A DNA stretch of 63,437 nucleotides from an uncultured virus (IMG/VR IMGVR_UViG_3300029319_000008). Taxonomy: Duplodnaviria; Heunggongvirae; Uroviricota; Caudoviricetes. The notes beneath the pieces were generated by a model. The model was not told the origin of the DNA, did not search any database, and saw only the letters and a program-made list of their open reading frames with translations. Positions within the stretch are counted from its first letter, which is position 1. Each line of letters begins with the position of its first letter. Below, one piece after another: positions 1 through 7,717 of this stretch. Location of the stretch: IMG/VR virus record IMGVR_UViG_3300029319_000008. One strand, given 5' to 3'. Both the position numbers and the translations under genes were made by a program.

Positions 1-328
1 CAATTCGCCAGTCATACCAGCGATCATCAACCTCATTAGTTGATGGGAATCTAAGACCAGCATAAAAAGGATTTTCATGCTTTACCATTACAGAACACTC
101 ACCGACCTCACCTCTACTATTGCTGAATGAATAGCGTTTAACTTGTTCTTCACTCAATGGTGTTTTAGTCCAGTCAGGTTCGGGAATAAAGTGACCAAAT
201 ACTGTCTCAGTCCTCTCTTTTAACTCGTCATTCTCATCTAGTGCTTTAGAGAATATCTTGTGCAATTTTAGAATTGCTGTTGTGTCCTGACTATAAAAGC
301 GTACACGATTGTGACAATGGTTAGGCAT
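1..328 (-). CDS. YubB ferredoxin-like/DUF1281-type phage early protein (3' end lies outside the window)
   Basis: Hand-translated from ATG at 328: MPNHCHNRVRFY...HFIPEPDW...DDRWYDWRI; MPNxCxN start and WYDW motif typical of this family; open to the window edge. Confidence 0.6.
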   Translation of the reverse strand, partial: MPNHCHNRVRFYSQDTTAILKLHKIFSKALDENDELKERTETVFGHFIPEPDWTKTPLSEEQVKRYSFSNSRGEVGECSVMVKHENPFYAGLRFPSTNEVDDRWYDWRI

Positions 329-354
329 AGAATTGCTTTGTTGTGTATGTAATC

Positions 355-449
355 AGTTTAACTCATAACTTATCATAATGTACCAGTCAGTGTGACAGTT
401 TATAAAGTGGCACATTACCTATTGCACTGTCCCATCACTCTGTTATAAT
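355..449. promoter_or_regulatory. Bidirectional early promoter centred on a 24-bp palindrome (391-414)
   Basis: TGTGACAGTTTATAAAGTGGCACA; plus side TTGCAC(422-427)-16-TATAAT(444-449) with extended TG; minus side GTACAT(378-383)-17-TAAACT(355-360); both -35 boxes 7 bp from the palindrome. Confidence 0.7.
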
Positions 450-463
450 AAAGGTATAAGAGA

Positions 464-510
464 GGAGGGATGTATCTCCGAAGACGAAAAAGATCGACAC
501 TCACCCTGCC
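464..510 (+). ncRNA. Candidate small structured RNA, copy 1 (GGAGG...CTCACCCTGCC hairpin)
   Basis: Just downstream of the plus-strand promoter, no credible ORF; bulged hairpin; ends shared with 2627-2684. Confidence 0.35.
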
Positions 511-531
511 AACTTTTAAAAAAAGGTAAGC

Positions 532-556
532 AAAAAAAAAGAGACCCTTAGGTCTC
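532..556 (-). terminator. Rho-independent terminator
   Basis: Minus strand GAGACC-TAAG-GGTCTC followed by T9, overlapping the stop of 548-715. Confidence 0.8.
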
Positions 557-715
557 AAATTGATTTTCCCAAATAGTGGTTTTAAATCTCTTAACTGCTT
601 CGTCTAGCAGTTGAATGTCACCGTCACAAACGTCAGCAACATCTTCTTCTTCGAGGTGACAGAAGGCATTGTTAATGTCACCTATGAGAGTTAATAGGGC
701 GTCGTAGTTGCTCAT
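548..715 (-). CDS. Hypothetical early protein
   Basis: ORF track 548..742; start moved to ATG 715 (MSNYDALL), just after the upstream stop. Confidence 0.6.
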   Translation of the reverse strand: MSNYDALLTLIGDINNAFCHLEEEDVADVCDGDIQLLDEAVKRFKTTIWENQFET

Positions 716-717
716 GA

Positions 718-885
718 TTAATGTCTGTCTGATATGTACCATGTACCCTGATTAGGTGTAGGTAATGGTTGAAAGTTTCTGTTTGACATATCTCTCAACA
801 CTGCTTGAATAACTGGATTATTCATTGCTGACTCATTGACTAGCACTCTGCCGTCGTATAATGGTTTTAGTTGATTGTCGAACAT
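718..885 (-). CDS. Hypothetical early protein
   Basis: ORF track 718..924; a -10 box at 907-912 and AGAGGA SD favour ATG 885 (MFDNQLKP). Confidence 0.6.
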   Translation of the reverse strand: MFDNQLKPLYDGRVLVNESAMNNPVIQAVLRDMSNRNFQPLPTPNQGTWYISDRH

Positions 886-906
886 TGTTCCTCTGTTGTT
901 ATTACT

Positions 907-965
907 ATTATAACCCATAGTCAAGTGTATGGGAGGGCATGTGTGCCAGTTTGTGAACTGTCACA
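907..965 (-). promoter_or_regulatory. Early promoter with 24-bp palindrome (942-965)
   Basis: TGTGCCAGTTTGTGAACTGTCACA; TATAAT at 907-912 (minus); -35 degenerate. Confidence 0.65.
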
Positions 966-1048
966 ACTTGAATGCATCCCTGGTCCAGGCAATGATCCAA
1001 ATAAGGATCCAGTACATGCATTTAGTTACTACTGCCGTGAGTAGAATT

Positions 1049-1657
1049 TCATACAACGTCGTTAATCCTCCTATGTGTGACCCATGTAATCGCTTGAATC
1101 TGAGCAGCACTATATGAAGTGCCCTCGATTCGGTTTATCTCGACGGCAGCGGTCTTATAACAGTCGCTGACGGTCTTGTATAGTTTGTTGCTGATAGCGG
1201 GAACCTCATTAAGTGAAGTGTACATGCCACGCCATATATTGAAGGCGTGACCATCAACAGTAATTTCATCACACTTGCCGTCGGTTAAAATACCTCTGAA
1301 AAATGCTATAGTTTTGTTCCCTTTAAGTATAGCACATATGTTGTCGCTTGAGTCAATGTCACATTCAAGAATAGTAATTGCTTTATCCTTTTGACCATTG
1401 AAAGTGCACACATTAGGATAATCATACCCTAGGCAATAAGCACGGATTAATTGTTCAGCATCTAAAATGTTTCTGTCCCATTTATTGTTAGGAGATAGAG
1501 CAGATACAACTCCTACAACCTGACTTAATGGAATCATGTAGAAATCGCTGATCTCTTTACAGATATCATGAGCATTATTGTACCATACAGTTCCTTCTTG
1601 TCTGTCTACGGGTGTTGCCTGCATGTACATAGCAAGAATGTTTTTGATGTCGGGCAT
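1049..1657 (-). CDS. Conserved phage protein, possible DNA-glycosylase-like (HhH-related) fold
   Basis: 202 aa; WY..AH, ALSP...W, KT.AF, TVDGHA and AQIQAITWV motifs of a widespread phage family. Confidence 0.6.
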   Translation of the reverse strand: MPDIKNILAMYMQATPVDRQEGTVWYNNAHDICKEISDFYMIPLSQVVGVVSALSPNNKWDRNILDAEQLIRAYCLGYDYPNVCTFNGQKDKAITILECDIDSSDNICAILKGNKTIAFFRGILTDGKCDEITVDGHAFNIWRGMYTSLNEVPAISNKLYKTVSDCYKTAAVEINRIEGTSYSAAQIQAITWVTHRRINDVV

Positions 1658-1679
1658 GACTTGTTGTGTTGTTATTCAT

Positions 1680-1739
1680 AATATAACAGCAAAAAAGGGG
1701 GGCGTAAACCCCCCTTGTGCCACTTTGTTGACTGTCACA
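1680..1739 (-). promoter_or_regulatory. Early promoter with palindrome (1716-1739), overlapping an intrinsic terminator (1691-1716)
   Basis: TTTACG(1703-1708)-17-TATATT(1680-1685); minus hairpin AAGGGGGG-TTTACG-CCCCCCTT plus T-tract; palindrome TGTGCCACTTTGTTGACTGTCACA. Confidence 0.7.
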
Positions 1740-2243
1740 TCACGACGTCACACAACTCAAAGCGTCGTGACGGTATATGTCAACTTCTTTAGTTGGTGTC
1801 TCACTCCAACCAATTTCCCAGCATCTCCAACCCTTACCGACTGTGAAAAGGTATGCCCACTCTTCGCCACAGTTGCCAGAAATAAAATCCTCTAGTGAGG
1901 TTAACTTCGGGGGGCAGTCCTCACCTCTCTCTGAATAATAGAGGGGTGATGGTTCACTCTTAACGGGTGAGTAAATATGGTCTCCCTCGGCGTCCTTGAT
2001 GTATTCACACTTTGTAGTGCCGTCTGGTTGTTCAATAACCCGTTTAAGGGGTTCAGAGTTCCAGCAATGCTCAGAACGTAGAGATGACATATCACCGCCG
2101 TTGATTAAATCTTCTAGCAATTCCTTATTGCTATACTTTTCAATCAAGATTCTACCGTTATGTTCAATGTATCCGTCATAGTGACAGTATACAGAAAGTA
2201 TTTGATCTCCGATAGTGAGACCAATTCGTGAACGAGTACCCAT
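1740..2243 (-). CDS. Conserved phage hypothetical protein (MGTRSRIG...YCHYDGY family)
   Basis: 167 aa with the characteristic N-terminus and a GEEWAYLF C-terminal motif. Confidence 0.75.
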   Translation of the reverse strand: MGTRSRIGLTIGDQILSVYCHYDGYIEHNGRILIEKYSNKELLEDLINGGDMSSLRSEHCWNSEPLKRVIEQPDGTTKCEYIKDAEGDHIYSPVKSEPSPLYYSERGEDCPPKLTSLEDFISGNCGEEWAYLFTVGKGWRCWEIGWSETPTKEVDIYRHDALSCVTS

Positions 2244-2270
2244 AAAAGTTGTGTTTGTTAGGACTCTCTT

Positions 2271-2330
2271 AATATAGCAAAGGGGTCACAGTAATGCAAC
2301 CCCCTATGTGCCAGTTTAAGAATTGACCAC
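2271..2330 (-). promoter_or_regulatory. Early promoter with palindrome (2307-2330)
   Basis: TTGCAT(2294-2299)-17-TATATT(2271-2276); TGTGCCAGTTTAAGAATTGACCAC 7 bp upstream of the -35. Confidence 0.7.
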
Positions 2331-2555
2331 TTGAGTCAATCTTTGGTCAGCACGTGCTGCCAAAATGAACTTACCAACAGATTCAGTTTTGTTGATGGTC
2401 TCTCTGAGATCTCCTACAAAACTTTCATTAAAGTTGTAAGTATATGCATTGCCGTTGTTATATGTAAGTGTCGCTGTATTTGCTTCACTGTCAATAACAA
2501 TTGGACTCTTTAGCATAGATGATTTAGAAAATTCGATGTTCATAAAAAATTTCAA
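2316..2555 (-). CDS. KTSC-like small protein
   Basis: 79 aa; SS.....I......LTY.NG.AY.Y and ESVGKFI pattern resembles KTSC domains; own promoter. Confidence 0.5.
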   Translation of the reverse strand: MKFFMNIEFSKSSMLKSPIVIDSEANTATLTYNNGNAYTYNFNESFVGDLRETINKTESVGKFILAARADQRLTQVVNS

Positions 2556-2572
2556 TTGAATTCAACACCCTT

Positions 2573-2601
2573 ATTATACACCGTAACAGTGTACTTGTCA
2601 A
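2573..2601 (-). promoter_or_regulatory. Consensus sigma70 promoter
   Basis: TTGACA(2596-2601)-17-TATAAT(2573-2578). Confidence 0.85.
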
Positions 2602-2626
2602 GTATCAAATGATACAAAATATGAAA

Positions 2627-2684
2627 GTGGGGAGGTTCGACTTAAAGAGCATGTTCCTCTGGGGTCGCTCACCCCTGCCCCCAC
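2627..2684 (-). ncRNA. Candidate small structured RNA, copy 2
   Basis: GTGGGG-GC-AGG-GGTGAG-CGAC-CCC-AGAG-GAACATG-CTCT-TTAA-GTCG-AA-CCT-CCCCAC then T-rich; begins right after the early promoter at 2691-2749; no minus-strand ORF. Confidence 0.45.
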
Positions 2685-2690
2685 ATTTAT

Positions 2691-2749
2691 ATAATACCAC
2701 GCCGTCATGCATATGCAACCCATGGTGTGACACTTACTTAACTGTCACT
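2691..2749 (-). promoter_or_regulatory. Early promoter with palindrome (2726-2749)
   Basis: TTGCAT(2713-2718)-16-TATTAT(2691-2696); TGTGACACTTACTTAACTGTCACT. Confidence 0.65.
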
Positions 2750-3126
2750 TCTCCAGGTATTTTCCAGAATCTGTTGTATACTTTCTTAGTATACTTCATC
2801 CATCCGATATCACCAACCTCGGTGTGTCCCTTGTCATCATAATTGGCACCACGGATCTCACCTTTGTCATTATAGTTGGCACCTCGGATAACATTGTAAT
2901 TATCTGGTTTTTTTACCCATTCTTTACATTTTTGTTTTAATTTCAATAAACTGTCAGAATCTACGATTCCTATGTAATCTTTATTATATCTCAAAGTTAA
3001 TCTTTTCCACACACTTTTCACCAATTCTGCAGAATGATACGGCATTACAACTTCTTGATAGAATCCCTGTTTCTTAGGAACCCATACAAATAACTCGTCT
3101 CCCCTGACTTTTACAATATAATACAC
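2734..3126 (-). CDS. Hypothetical basic protein with an 11-aa tandem duplication
   Basis: 130 aa, GTG start, IRGANYNDKGE/IRGANYDDKGH; consensus promoter upstream. Confidence 0.65.
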   Translation of the reverse strand: MYYIVKVRGDELFVWVPKKQGFYQEVVMPYHSAELVKSVWKRLTLRYNKDYIGIVDSDSLLKLKQKCKEWVKKPDNYNVIRGANYNDKGEIRGANYDDKGHTEVGDIGWMKYTKKVYNRFWKIPGEVTVK

Positions 3127-3173
3127 GTTTTCTCTCTAAGTACCTATAAGTATCTATGAACCCTGACATGGTT

Positions 3174-3202
3174 ATTATACACAACTTCTGAGGGTTTGTC
3201 AA
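3174..3202 (-). promoter_or_regulatory. Consensus sigma70 promoter
   Basis: TTGACA(3197-3202)-17-TATAAT(3174-3179) with extended TG. Confidence 0.85.
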
Positions 3203-3250
3203 GTTTCTGTCAGAATTCTCACATTTCTCAGAAAATCTCAGAAATGGTAG

Positions 3251-3475
3251 TTTTCCACAATTCTCACAGTTTCTGTGGAAAACCTCAGATATTACAGTTT
3301 TTTACAATTTCTGTGAAAACTTGACAGATGTGTGCAAACGTGCTAAGACCACAAGAAATCAGAGGTATTCAGAGTTTTCCACAGATTTATCAAAGTTTTC
3401 CACAACCCTTGTGGAATACACAAGTATATTTATTTTGATATTTAAATAAATTAGCAAATCACAAAAATAATTAGA
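3251..3475. promoter_or_regulatory. Cluster of cyanobacterial-type DnaA boxes plus AT-rich tract (oriC/datA-like)
   Basis: TTTTCCACA at 3251, 3375, 3396 (+) and 3274-3282 (-); TATTCCACA at 3410-3418 (-); AT-rich 3421-3475; intergenic. Confidence 0.6.
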
Positions 3476-3655
3476 TCACACCTTCTCCTCTATCCAACAT
3501 TGACATCTTCCTTCTAACTTATTATTCCTCTCCCACATCCAGTCAAACATACCTTGTAACTCCTCACACCTTTTTTCCGCTTCTGGTCGTGTGTCATACC
3601 ACTGGTCCATATTTGCCATTCTTCCTTGTCTCTGATAGATGACAACATACTTCAT
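3476..3655 (-). CDS. Hypothetical protein (59 aa, below the ORF-track cutoff)
   Basis: MKYVVIYQRQGR...CWIEEKV; ATGA overlap with the upstream gene; GGAGGAG SD. Confidence 0.6.
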   Translation of the reverse strand: MKYVVIYQRQGRMANMDQWYDTRPEAEKRCEELQGMFDWMWERNNKLEGRCQCWIEEKV

Positions 3656-4275
3656 TTGAAATACTCCTCCATGTTGTTGTACACATTGTATAATGCTTGT
3701 TTTAATCGTTGATCAGTTTCGGGTAAGATAAACTTTTCAAGTAATAGTTCTTTCTTTATTTTTATAAATGCCTGATGTGCTTCTTCTGGTGTATTATAGT
3801 GTCGCTGCCATCTCTTACCTGTACCAATACTTACCTGACACCTAAATGGTCTTTTTTTCATATTATGATCTATATACACACCAATAGGATACTTTCCTCT
3901 AACTTTATCACGTTTAGCAAAGAACATATTCAATTGACGTGATACAAAGAAACAAGTATCAGGACCATATACTTTATTACCAGGAGAGATAATATCTTTA
4001 TCGAGTTGTTTACCTATTACATCACCTTGCTCGTCATACCACTGTTTAAAATTGGAGAGATAATGCCATCTTGGATCTACAGTACAACCAATGTATGTTG
4101 GATGTTTTGCCTGTTTTATGGGACTATAACAACGCTCTAAAACATTACGCCACACTGTATAATAATGTATTCTAGTGTATGGTAATTGTTTCGCTAGTTT
4201 CCCTGCTCCTGGTACATCATTAATACCAACACCATATACTTTTCGTTTCAAAGTAGTAGTCAATGTCATCTCCAA
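3652..4275 (-). CDS. Putative homing endonuclease (HNH-related, AP2-like C-terminus)
   Basis: VYGVGIND, W..VLERCY, Y.GCTV..RW..LSNFKQW, LDKDII..GNKVY.P..C.FV, YPIGV and Y.TPEEAH.A motifs. Confidence 0.75.
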   Translation of the reverse strand: MEMTLTTTLKRKVYGVGINDVPGAGKLAKQLPYTRIHYYTVWRNVLERCYSPIKQAKHPTYIGCTVDPRWHYLSNFKQWYDEQGDVIGKQLDKDIISPGNKVYGPDTCFFVSRQLNMFFAKRDKVRGKYPIGVYIDHNMKKRPFRCQVSIGTGKRWQRHYNTPEEAHQAFIKIKKELLLEKFILPETDQRLKQALYNVYNNMEEYFK

Positions 4276-4487
4276 AATGTCTTTGTTAATGTAGCGTAGT
4301 TATTCCTTATTGTATAGATGTAAGTAATACCTGTTGTTGATGTAGCAACAATCTGATCTCCCTGCACAATAGCAGTTTGTATGTTACTACCGAATGTTTG
4401 TATTACACCACTACGTTGAGATGATCTTAACTGGATATATCCGTTAGACACTGTAGTGTAATATGCTGGTGGGACTGAATTAGTCAT
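4266..4487 (-). CDS. Hypothetical protein (beta-rich)
   Basis: 73 aa, coupled overlaps on both sides. Confidence 0.6.
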   Translation of the reverse strand: MTNSVPPAYYTTVSNGYIQLRSSQRSGVIQTFGSNIQTAIVQGDQIVATSTTGITYIYTIRNNYATLTKTFWR

Positions 4488-4690
4488 TTGTCTTCTAGTG
4501 GTACTTCATAACATAGTCCTTCAAGTATAAAGTATTTACACTGTTGGTGAAGGCAGTACTTTTCTTGTAACTCAAGATCAATGATAGTTTGGATAAAATC
4601 CACCTGTTCTTTAGCAGGTAATTGACTTGAGACATATAGTGAGTATTGTTCATCAAGTTTCTTCTGACATGGGAAGTTGGATTCTGACAC
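4484..4690 (-). CDS. Hypothetical protein
   Basis: 68 aa, GTG start, ATGA overlap. Confidence 0.55.
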   Translation of the reverse strand: MSESNFPCQKKLDEQYSLYVSSQLPAKEQVDFIQTIIDLELQEKYCLHQQCKYFILEGLCYEVPLEDK

Positions 4691-4964
4691 GATCTAAACA
4701 GGATTTGTTGGGATATACAAGAACACCAAATGTCATTCCTTTCGGTGTTACCACAACATACTGAGAACATACAAATGTTACTACTGATAGTATGTCTTCA
4801 TGTAGAACAAGATCGTTTAGTTTAAGTTGGGAAAAACTTTTCGGGATGCTCCATTCTTTCAATTGCTTCGGTAAGGACGTTAAGGAGTTGTCCTGTTCCT
4901 TGGGTTGATTGATAGTGGAGTTTTTCATTGTGGAGGAGATTTCTAATGACAGTGGCATGTTCAT
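4653..4964 (-). CDS. Hypothetical protein (start uncertain)
   Basis: ORF track; the C-terminal half looks protein-like, while the N-terminal half overlaps a better ORF at 4822-4980. Confidence 0.4.
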   Translation of the reverse strand: MNMPLSLEISSTMKNSTINQPKEQDNSLTSLPKQLKEWSIPKSFSQLKLNDLVLHEDILSVVTFVCSQYVVVTPKGMTFGVLVYPNKSCLDRVRIQLPMSEET

Positions 4965-4980
4965 TATTCAAGGGAAACAT
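4822..4980 (-). CDS. Hypothetical protein (52 aa)
   Basis: Hand-translated MFPLNNEHATVIRNLLHNEKLHYQ...HPEKFFPT. Confidence 0.45.
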   Translation of the reverse strand: MFPLNNEHATVIRNLLHNEKLHYQSTQGTGQLLNVLTEAIERMEHPEKFFPT

Positions 4981-5146
4981 CTCTATCTTTTTGTTTTTCA
5001 TATGCTGGTAGATAAACTTCCATAGATGAAGAATTATTTAGGTGGTCTTTTTCTAGGTAATCATCATAGTCATCCCATGGAAGGGAAACTGACTCCCAGA
5101 ACTCACCATCTGCTTTTAATGATTTGTTAGATAGGTCTTCGTACAT
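4964..5146 (-). CDS. Acidic hypothetical protein
   Basis: 60 aa, D/E-rich; promoter TTGCAC(5245-5250)-17-TATTAT(5222-5227) upstream. Confidence 0.55.
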   Translation of the reverse strand: MYEDLSNKSLKADGEFWESVSLPWDDYDDYLEKDHLNNSSSMEVYLPAYEKQKDRDVSLE

Positions 5147-5196
5147 AATTTAAGGTTAAGGCACGTTGTAGGTCATTTGAGAGGGGTCTGAGAGTG

Positions 5197-5331
5197 TTAT
5201 TTCTCTTTATCCTCATCTTTAATAATAGCACGTTTATCGTGTTCGTGCAACTTTTTAATCGCTTCGTATGCTTCGGGTGTCATATTCCATGACCAATCAC
5301 CTCGATCTTTCTTCTTCTTACCCAAAACCAT
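5197..5331 (-). CDS. Hypothetical protein (44 aa)
   Basis: MVLGKKKKDRGDWSWNMTPEAYEAIKKL...; GAGGT SD. Confidence 0.4.
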   Translation of the reverse strand: MVLGKKKKDRGDWSWNMTPEAYEAIKKLHEHDKRAIIKDEDKEK

Positions 5332-5494
5332 TACCTCGTTTAAGTTGTTTGTTCACAATGTACATATCACGTAGACGTGATTTGAGATGCCTTAGTTCGT
5401 CATCTGTGTAAAGATGATCTTTCTTAAGTGCCTCTTTTATGTATTTGATTTCCTTACGTGGACTCCACGATTGGTTAATATTTGGTGTAATCAT
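5318..5494 (-). CDS. Hypothetical protein (58 aa)
   Basis: MITPNINQ...EIKYIKEALKKDHLYTDDELRHLK...GNGFG; ATGA overlap; GFG end common in small cyanophage proteins. Confidence 0.6.
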   Translation of the reverse strand: MITPNINQSWSPRKEIKYIKEALKKDHLYTDDELRHLKSRLRDMYIVNKQLKRGNGFG

Positions 5495-5730
5495 GCCTTT
5501 GTGACACTAAACATCTTAGTAGGTCTGGTCTTCGCTCCATGAATCATACGACCAACTGCTAATCCATTCTTCTTGGAAGAGCAATATCTGATGATCTTAT
5601 CACCATTGTCTTTAATCAACGTCAGTTTCCACTGATGCTTACTGTCTTTATACTTCTGAATAGTGGGTACAGTCAGAGGTTTCATCACTGGCATTTCTGC
5701 TATGATGTCATGTTCATAGATCGTGTTCAT
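5491..5730 (-). CDS. Hypothetical protein
   Basis: 79 aa in a coupled operon. Confidence 0.6.
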   Translation of the reverse strand: MNTIYEHDIIAEMPVMKPLTVPTIQKYKDSKHQWKLTLIKDNGDKIIRYCSSKKNGLAVGRMIHGAKTRPTKMFSVTKA

Positions 5731-5908
5731 AATCTTGTTTGATACGAATGAGGTGCTCGTGACGAGCGTTTAGTTTATTATAGAGATTGGAAACCACTTC
5801 TGTGGGTCCTGCATGTCTCTCATCATGTTTGGTCATGCATTGCATGGACGAGATCAAAATACATATCTCTTGATCTGATAGATTAAATGGTGTATTCATC
5901 AATGTCAA
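5714..5908 (-). CDS. Hypothetical protein
   Basis: 64 aa (true start may be 5899). Confidence 0.55.
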   Translation of the reverse strand: MTLMNTPFNLSDQEICILISSMQCMTKHDERHAGPTEVVSNLYNKLNARHEHLIRIKQDYEHDL

Positions 5909-6035
5909 ACTCCTCTATGAAGTAGTCAACAGTGACTTCAAGTTCAGCAGCACGTTTTTCGATCTCTTTAGCACATTTGTCTGCTTGATCTGCTGCTTTA
6001 TCGTCAAATAGGTCGTAAGTAGTTTCAAAAAACAT
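5883..6035 (-). CDS. Small acidic cyanophage protein
   Basis: MFFETTYDLF...EKRAAELEVTVDYFIEEF; GAGGAA SD; trimmed from ORF track 5883..6167. Confidence 0.6.
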   Translation of the reverse strand: MFFETTYDLFDDKAADQADKCAKEIEKRAAELEVTVDYFIEEFDIDEYTI

Positions 6036-6201
6036 TAGATGCTTCCTCTTTAGTGTTGTATGGTCCGTACACATCAAATCCACCATCACTGTAGGATAGT
6101 TCGACATACCATCCTTCTTCATCATGATCACATTCAAATTGTGTTTCATACTCAAAGTGATCAACATAGTATACAGTTCGTTCGATTACTGTAATATGCA
6201 T
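6025..6201 (-). CDS. Hypothetical protein (58 aa)
   Basis: MHITVIER...EEGWYVEL...YGPYNTKEEA; promoter TTGACA(6249-6254)-17-TAAACT(6226-6231) upstream. Confidence 0.6.
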   Translation of the reverse strand: MHITVIERTVYYVDHFEYETQFECDHDEEGWYVELSYSDGGFDVYGPYNTKEEASNVF

Positions 6202-6268
6202 GGTGGAAGTGTGTGTAACGTTCTAAGTTTAAACTATTTTGTTGGAATTGTCAAGCACTAATTTGAAC

Positions 6269-6817
6269 TTATTTGTCGCGTTTCAAATACTCTTGATTGA
6301 CCTTTGACTTAATTTTGATGTTACCACCACTCCATACTGTGTATATTTCTAGGTCATCTTGCTTACCAAGATACTGTACGGCACGGAGTAATGAGTCAAG
6401 ATCGTCTCCTAGGTTACCTAATCCAGTGTTACATTGCTTACATAACCATCCTCTGAACTCTCCTGACTCATGGTCATGGTCTAATTGCCACACCCATGTA
6501 CCATTAACACCACGTGGGACGCTCTCCTTGCTCGGATAAACAGGTTTCTGGCAACATTCACATAGTTCTCCATAGGCAGGTTGTTTAATATCCTTGTGCA
6601 TACGTCTGATTTCAGCACGTTGCTTTGCCTTGATTGCAGTACATGTGATGCAGTTAGTGTTCACACGTCTACGTTTGCCTGTCCATGGATGATTAGGTCC
6701 TTTATTATAGAATTGGTTCTGATAATAAGGAAACTCTGTATTGTCCTTCTCAAGACCACATACAGAGCATTTACACGTACCTATTGGTATGTTATCTAAA
6801 TTTCGTTTCTTTCTCAT
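6269..6817 (-). CDS. Endonuclease VII-family protein
   Basis: CECC...LDHDHESGEFRGWLCKQCNTGLGNLGDD, the Endonuclease_7 signature; N-terminal CxxC...CxxC zinc finger. Confidence 0.85.
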   Translation of the reverse strand: MRKKRNLDNIPIGTCKCSVCGLEKDNTEFPYYQNQFYNKGPNHPWTGKRRRVNTNCITCTAIKAKQRAEIRRMHKDIKQPAYGELCECCQKPVYPSKESVPRGVNGTWVWQLDHDHESGEFRGWLCKQCNTGLGNLGDDLDSLLRAVQYLGKQDDLEIYTVWSGGNIKIKSKVNQEYLKRDK

Positions 6818-7251
6818 AATGTATGCTTCATGAACCTCCCTGTTTTTGGATTTCTTGCTTGATGTGGATTACCTAGATTGTCATGTATATCACGATGACA
6901 TTCCTTACATACGATATCACACTTTTTCATTTCTGCAATTACTTTTGGTCTACCATATGTACCAAGCATATCAGCAACAGATGATATCTTGACTTCATCA
7001 GGTCTGTGATGATAGTCATAGTCATCAGGATTACCAGTTTTCACTCCACATATGGAACAACCACATTGAATATCATTGAACTTGGTCTCTTTAAACCATT
7101 CAATGTCTCTATGCTTATGTTCCATTGCTCTTTGCTTAGAGAGATCTCTGTTCTTAATGTACCATTGATCTCTCTGCCACTGTACTCTGGTTCGTGGACC
7201 TATCTTTCTTTTTGCCATGATTACCTCATGTAAAGGTAACCACCTGCCCAA
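6814..7251 (-). CDS. HNH endonuclease-like protein
   Basis: CSICG...YDYHH...EMKKCDIVCKECHRDIH; true start probably near 7218 (MAKRKI). Confidence 0.75.
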   Translation of the reverse strand: MGRWLPLHEVIMAKRKIGPRTRVQWQRDQWYIKNRDLSKQRAMEHKHRDIEWFKETKFNDIQCGCSICGVKTGNPDDYDYHHRPDEVKISSVADMLGTYGRPKVIAEMKKCDIVCKECHRDIHDNLGNPHQARNPKTGRFMKHTL

Positions 7252-7691
7252 TCAACACATAGAGGATTGAGTAGAAACTTTCTGTGATCCCAATCTAATA
7301 GATTGTATCTTACATGTTGTGCTGGTTTTGCCCAACCTGCTGGTTTGTATACGTCACCTGTTTTCTTATCAACAAATGCATGTACTGAACCATCTCTATA
7401 CTTTAAAGATGGTGATGGACCCATGTCATCAAACTCCTGCATAACAATCTTGATGTACTTACGACCTTCGTATGCTACAAATCTGTTTAGATTAGCAGTG
7501 CCGTTGTTGACATTTTCTAATCTCTGTGTGTAGTACTTGGTTGACCATTCTGTATCAGATGCAGATAGGTGTCTCTCGTAAGAACTTACTGTATGGTTCT
7601 TGAAGTTCTGTGTCAAAGTGTCACAGTAATCATTTACATACTGTGAAAGAGCAACTTTAGCGTATTCTTTTGATGTTAGTGTAACAGTCAT
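7221..7691 (-). CDS. Conserved cyanophage early hypothetical protein
   Basis: GRKYIKIV...SVHAFVDKKTGDVYKPAGWAKPAQHVRYNL...DWAGGYLY family motif. Confidence 0.8.
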   Translation of the reverse strand: MTVTLTSKEYAKVALSQYVNDYCDTLTQNFKNHTVSSYERHLSASDTEWSTKYYTQRLENVNNGTANLNRFVAYEGRKYIKIVMQEFDDMGPSPSLKYRDGSVHAFVDKKTGDVYKPAGWAKPAQHVRYNLLDWDHRKFLLNPLCVDWAGGYLYMR

Positions 7692-7717
7692 GGGTAAGTT
7701 CCTTTGTGTATGTACTT

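Noticed and set aside
470..529. 19-aa basic ORF MYLRRRKRSTLTLPTFKKR
   Set aside because: GGAGG is too close to the ATG and sits in the hairpin; the second copy has no equivalent ORF. Not fully excluded
2609..2842. Plus-strand 77-aa ORF over hairpin copy 2
   Set aside because: Antisense to a promoter and a gene, with no protein-like signal; the DNA is better explained as promoter plus hairpin
6036..6167. N-terminal extension of ORF 5883..6167
   Set aside because: Overlaps a better ORF (6025-6201) in another frame; SD supports the 6035 start
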